DNA of 64,000 nt from Rhizodiscina lignyota. Taxonomy: Eukaryota. This document shows positions 62,739 to 64,000 of this stretch, one piece after another. Every line of letters starts with the position of its first letter. Within the stretch, counting starts at the first letter, position 1. A program made the position numbers and the translations under genes. Below the pieces are notes generated by a model that saw only the letters and a list, made by a program, of their open reading frames with translations, searched no databases and was not told where the DNA came from. The stretch is from positions 2,418,001-2,482,000 of the forward strand of contig ML978124.1 in assembly GCA_010015805.1 (NCBI GenBank), given 5' to 3'.

Positions 62739-64000
62739 CTATCTCTGCTTGCTCCTCCGGACCAGAATCAGGAGGAAGAATGCGATAACGCGATAGGTCG
62801 TGCCTATCCCAAGTAGCACGACCATATCCAACCAAAATCTGCCAAACACTAATCCCAAAGCTTGTGCTGCATCATCGATCTGCCATAGATAACTGACTGG
62901 CATAACGTTCTCGCTGTAGTATACCTCCGCGATCCAGACACCAGGACTAGCTCGCCAGAGCCAAGTCATGTGCCATTGTGCGACCTGGTTCAGCGTTGGA
63001 GCGAAGCCCGAGAGAATACCAACGATCAAAGATGCCATGGTGGCAAGAAGTGGGCCGTCTTCGCGACGGGTGAGCATCGAAACGCAAGATGCGAGGCCGT
63101 AAATGCAGTAATAATACAAGAGGTTGACGACGAATGCTTTCAGCCAGTCTATGCGAGGCGTAGCAAGGAGCATGAAAAAGACTGTGAAATGATAACAACC
63201 GAGGATGATGCGAGGAAGCGTAGCAATGACTTTGCCCATGTAGTACGAGAAGCGGTTGTGGCCGGAAGCCGCCTCCCGGCGGTAGGTAAGCTTCTCCTCA
63301 CCAAACACCTTCACACCTGGGGCAGAAGAGGTAAGACCAAGTGCGATGGCGACGAGGAGCGCCAGGATAGAGAGGGTTTGGTAATCGATAGATGAAGAGA
63401 GATATATGTAGTCGTCGTGATAAATGCCATGGAAGAGAGCGCCGTCTTCGCCATTAAGCGCTAGACCAATCAGGAAGCCGGCCAAAGAAGCAACACCAAT
63501 CTCGAACCAGAATGCTGCTTTGAGTCTGTATTGCTGCAAGAAGCTTCGAAGCATACAGAAGTAGAATTGGGTATAAAAAGGGGCGCCACGTCGTCTTATC
63601 GACTTCTTAAGAGAGTGTTGTTCTCCATATGCACCCTGCATTTGGGACGGTCCTCGTGAGTCTCGATTTGTGGAAATGTTCGCCCAATGCTCGATCAGAG
63701 ATTCCTTCGAAGTGTCACCAGCCCGCTTGTATGGCCGTCCTGCACCTGTTATGATATCCATCAGCGTGTCGGCGGGATTAGAGTGCTCTGGAAAGTCAAA
63801 GCCTGCACGTTCGAAGTAGCCTTGTACATCGCGCTCCTTGCCCTGGTAGATTAGCCTGCCGTTGGCGAGAAGAATCAAATCGTCAATGGCATGGAAAATC
63901 TCTTCTCGAGGCTGGTGGATAATGGTGACGACCGTTATGCCAAGTCGAGCAAGAGCTGAAAGGATTTTCATTATATGCGAGGCAGCTGTAGCATCGAGTC
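62739..64000 (-). CDS. ABCG-family transporter, 3' part (H-loop region and membrane domain)
   Basis: LDATAASHIM..ITVVTIIHQPREEIF..DDLILLANGRLIYQG..NPADTLMDII, followed by an ABC-2-type membrane domain (EEKLTYRREAASG). Continues beyond the window. Confidence 0.92.
   Translation of the reverse strand, partial: LDATAASHIMKILSALARLGITVVTIIHQPREEIFHAIDDLILLANGRLIYQGKERDVQGYFERAGFDFPEHSNPADTLMDIITGAGRPYKRAGDTSKESLIEHWANISTNRDSRGPSQMQGAYGEQHSLKKSIRRRGAPFYTQFYFCMLRSFLQQYRLKAAFWFEIGVASLAGFLIGLALNGEDGALFHGIYHDDYIYLSSSIDYQTLSILALLVAIALGLTSSAPGVKVFGEEKLTYRREAASGHNRFSYYMGKVIATLPRIILGCYHFTVFFMLLATPRIDWLKAFVVNLLYYYCIYGLASCVSMLTRREDGPLLATMASLIVGILSGFAPTLNQVAQWHMTWLWRASPGVWIAEVYYSENVMPVSYLWQIDDAAQALGLVFGRFWLDMVVLLGIGTTYRVIAFFLLILVRRSKQR

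Overview
Gene-dense, intron-containing DNA from a filamentous ascomycete (Pezizomycotina, probably a Dothideomycete; inferred from ~50-nt GT..AG introns with CTRAY branch sites and from the gene set). Conserved genes here include ALG10, PSF2, an SH3-RasGEF, CHK1, CCP1, GRX5, metR/cys-3, CHL4/CENP-N, PEX8, a GH43 hydrolase and an ABCG transporter. Accessory genes are interspersed: a HET-domain gene, a broken NYN-CCCH gene, a retropepsin-like gene head-to-head with a DUF6594-like gene, and two DUF3176-like paralogs. The main discovery is invisible in the ORF track. An apparent degenerate repeat at 53291-54042 is a 9-exon minus-strand gene for a 114-aa secreted, Kex2-type repeat precursor carrying 4x GTNGKGPGSY plus 1x VDGKGPGSY. 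It lies between the two DUF3176-like membrane-protein paralogs, making a candidate new peptide (RiPP-like or signalling) locus. A second hidden gene (14602-14895) encodes an 80-aa secreted cystine-knot-pattern peptide. All family assignments come from motif recognition by eye, not from database searches.
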